IMG/VR virus record: IMGVR_UViG_3300037427_003832
Coordinates: 1 to 47,952 of that record
DNA from: a virus
Lineage: Duplodnaviria > Caudoviricetes
Strand: one strand, 5' to 3'
Length of the DNA: 47,952 nucleotides
The notes under the pieces are model-generated. The model made no database searches. It worked only from the letters and a program-made list of their open reading frames with translations, and was not told where the DNA came from. Below are positions 44,801 through 47,952 of the stretch, piece after piece (positions within the stretch are counted from its first letter, which is position 1; each line of letters begins with the position of its first letter). Both the position numbers and the translations under genes were made by a program.

Positions 44801-47800
44801 GGCCTTCTCTCGCTGATATCGAAGGAGTACCCTTTGAGGATCAACCGTTGATGGTTGATCAAGTGGAAGCTGCAATAGAGGATCTACCTAATCCAGTGGT
44901 TCATATTGATAACGTTGATGACGATACTGATTTTTCAAATGCCCGCAATCCATTATACCCTGTAATTAGTCACTTTGTAGAAGAGGTTGCCTCAAACTTG
45001 CAAGACGACTTAGATCTTTCACGAATTGCATCAATGCCTGAGGGCGCTGAAAAAACAGCGGCTATTCTACAGGCTGCAGATGAGAGAAGACTTCAGGATG
45101 AAGTTGGATTTGAATATTTATTTAGGGATGCCTTGCAATTTACTATAGACGATGTTAAGCAAAGAATTAACCCAAGCGAGTATCCTAGACTTCATAGAAT
45201 GAAACAAAAAATAGATAGCCTTGAGTTTGATTCTGATGAACGTGAAAGGCGTGAAGAAATTCTTGAATCGCTTATTAGGCAAACTGTTCTAGCAGAGTTA
45301 GCTTCTTTTGTTGATGGAGATGCTGATCAGATCAGGGGAGATGGTTATCACAACAGATCAGAATATACGTTACGTTCAGAGGAACGTATGAGGTCTTTGA
45401 TTCAAGACGCTTTTGAGTTTGGTACTACGACTAATGGGGTTGTTGACAGGGAGGGCCCCGGTGAGGCTGATGTACTTAAAGCTGTAGGACGCCAAATTCT
45501 TGACAACTTTTTTATAGAAGGTAACCAATTAAGAGATTTTAGAACAGACTTTAGTGGCGAAGTAAACCGTGGATACCCCTCAATTGGTGCACCAGCAGTT
45601 CTATCTCAGCATAGGCAAAGAGATAGCAGGGTTTTAAACACTTCTATACTTGCTCTTGATCCTGAGTTGTTAAATGAAATACGCAGAGTTGTAGCACCTG
45701 AAGTAGATGGCGACGACCTTAATACCCGAGAAGGTATTGTTTTCCGCAATCAATGGAGAGAGGTGATATCACCCTCGACCAGCTTTGAAGTAACATGGGA
45801 AGATGCAGGCTTCTCTGAAGCGGAAGCAGCTGAGCTAGTAGACAATCTTCCATCAACCTTTCTAACAGATAGTCCTGAAGATTTTCTTTTAGACTTTTTA
45901 GAGCGTTACTCTACAGATCAGGATTCGCTTCAAAAGATGATTGATGGTGATTTTTCTGAGGTAGAACGTGATATAGGTAGTGAAAATTTTTATCAAGTAG
46001 CTAACGTATTGGCTAGAGTTATAGATTCAAATCATACAAAACTTGTCCGAAACAGGGAAGATAGATTGAATAGCCTAGCTCGTTCCACAGATGAGCGTAT
46101 ATTTCAAAGATGGAACGATACAGATGGTACGAACCGTATAGGAGAACGAGCGCTGTTGAGGGCTAACCCGACGTTTACTGGTGAATCAAGATACGATAAT
46201 TTATTAACAAAACTAGGTGTTACTTTGTATAACACTGCTCTTGAGGGGCCGGAACAAGATAGCGCTCTAAAAGAAAAGATGGGTTTATTGCTTGGGCATC
46301 GGTCTGATACTGACACACCACTCGACGCTATAGAACAAGCCAATTCCAACATAGCTGAGTTTACTTCTCTGACTAGCAGGATAGACTCCTTGACGGCTCT
46401 TAAGGCAACACGTGCTATTTTTGGTGGAGAAAAAGATGTTTACCCATATGAAAATACGCCTGATATTCAACCTTCAGACATAGCGGATAAATTAGCAAAC
46501 TCTGATTTAACTTTTGAAGAATTAGATAATTTTATTGATTTTCTTATAGATAAAGATCAGTCTAATTCATGGCAAGACGACTTATTGCGTTGGGCAGAAG
46601 CCGAGGTGACTCCAGTAGCTAACATTGATACTTTATCAAAGATTGATCAAAAAATATTGGCAGGTGCATTGCTTGCGAGATACCGAAAAGAAAATAGTCT
46701 TAGTGAAAGAATTCGAGAGCAATTAGACACTGGATCTGTTCCTTATCGCCAAACGCTATTGGAAAGTTTAAGGCCGTTTGAATTAAACGTACCATTTAGT
46801 TCTCTTTCCGGTGAGTCAGGAAATTTTGCTGAAAATAAAGAAAAATTGTTAGACCTTGTTTTGGGTGGTAGAGACTCACTTGTTGATAGATTGCTAAGCA
46901 CTCCGAACGTTACGATTGATAATCCAACAGTACAAGCAAGGATAAAAGAGAATTTAAGAGAATTAGGCGTGGTAGAGCTAAATAGCCTAGGTGATGTTTT
47001 GGAAGAATTGTTCTTTAGTAATTCCGCTGGCAATTTACTTCCACGTCAAGCAACAGGAAGGGGTGGGTCTGCACCTTCGCAAGCATTATTGAATGAATTA
47101 GTTAGAGAGTCTGATCTTTCTTTTAGTAATCCTGAAGATCGACAAAATATATTAAACCTAGCTTATCAGCTTGAAACTTTTCAAAGAAGGGCTTTGGAAG
47201 ATCCCACTGAGACTATGTTTAGCTTAGTAATGTCTGACGGAGAAACTCGTGAAATTGATTTTTCTGATACTACTATGGCTGCTTTAGATATTGGTTTTAC
47301 CACTAATCCTCCTGTTAGAGATTTTGATATTTTCAAAAGACTTGTAAATGAGGAAATAGCTAGAAGAACTGTTAGTGAAGCCACTGGTGATGTTATTAGA
47401 GTTTTTGAGCAAGAAACTGATGATTTTGTTGAAGTGTTAGGAGGGCGCACCTACTATTCCAGCCCAAGAACAAACGAGCTCTATAACGAGGTTGTAGGAA
47501 CTATAGGCCGAGTGAAGAAGGGTCGTCTTTCCGATGGGGAGTTTGTTGGCAAAGTAAGAGCAATAGTTTATGCAAAGAAAAATTCAAAAGAAATAGATAA
47601 TTTACGGGCAAACATAAAATGGGTTTTAGAAAAAGACGATCCTAATTGGATTAAAATTTCAGATACAAACAGACGAAGACTTACTAAAGTTTCTAATATG
47701 CTGGATGAATTAGCTTTAGAGCTTAACGAAAATCAATTAATCGGTAACCCTAGCCTAAGAGAAGTTGGAATACCTAATGCCTCCGTTGAAAAAATTGGTA

Positions 47801-47952
47801 TTGATTTTGGTTTTGAACATCAAAGAACTGCAAGATTGCATTCGCTTAGAGGACTTCTTGATGCGATAAGATACAGAGACGAATTAGATGACTTAGACGA
47901 TTTAGATCCTGTAGACACAGACTGGCTCAGGGCTATTGATCCAGAAACTTTA
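41875..47952 (+). CDS. Giant (>2000 aa) acidic protein, open to the right edge
   Basis: Absent from the track, consistent with having no stop codon. Frame 1 is open after TAA 41872-41874 wherever spot-checked. Contains a second FRCPPG..RGGTFT..FG.NCG motif and Pro-rich linkers; first ATG at 41947. Confidence 0.8.

Noticed and set aside
42513-47450. Multiple short minus-strand ORFs in the track
   Set aside because: They are antisense shadows of the giant plus-strand frame-1 ORF.

Overview
The window is part of the genome of a large tailed dsDNA phage (Caudoviricetes). The host is most likely an actinobacterium, possibly Acidimicrobiia. This is inferred from a WhiB gene, actinobacterial-type RecA, SSB and ferredoxin, an r1t-type holin, and many leaderless promoters. 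From left to right it carries: an auxiliary ferredoxin with a ferritin-like diiron gene, a DNA methyltransferase, and a set of micro-ORFs next to a sharp strand-skew reversal at ~3870. A replication and nucleotide module follows (HARP/SNF2 helicase, thyX, dTDP-sugar dehydratase, primase-helicase, ssb, tdk). Next come a lysis/envelope region with a 1045-aa Ca-binding repeat protein, recA, and a glycan-tailoring operon. After that are whiB, a Sak-like annealase with a RecB-like nuclease, a ParB / PAPS-reductase / ParB module and an L,D-transpeptidase. The window ends in the head module: inverted terL, portal, gpF-like protein, prohead protease, and a >2000-aa ORF joined to its upstream neighbour across an A9 tract. 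The most unusual signal is a set of promoter-driven non-coding RNA candidates. A ~90-nt sRNA has 20 nt of perfect complementarity to the 5' UTR/RBS of the repeat-protein gene 5 kb away. A second sRNA is complementary to the holin RBS region, and there is a ~400-nt highly structured ORF-less RNA. All functional calls rest on motif recognition by eye; no database searches were run.
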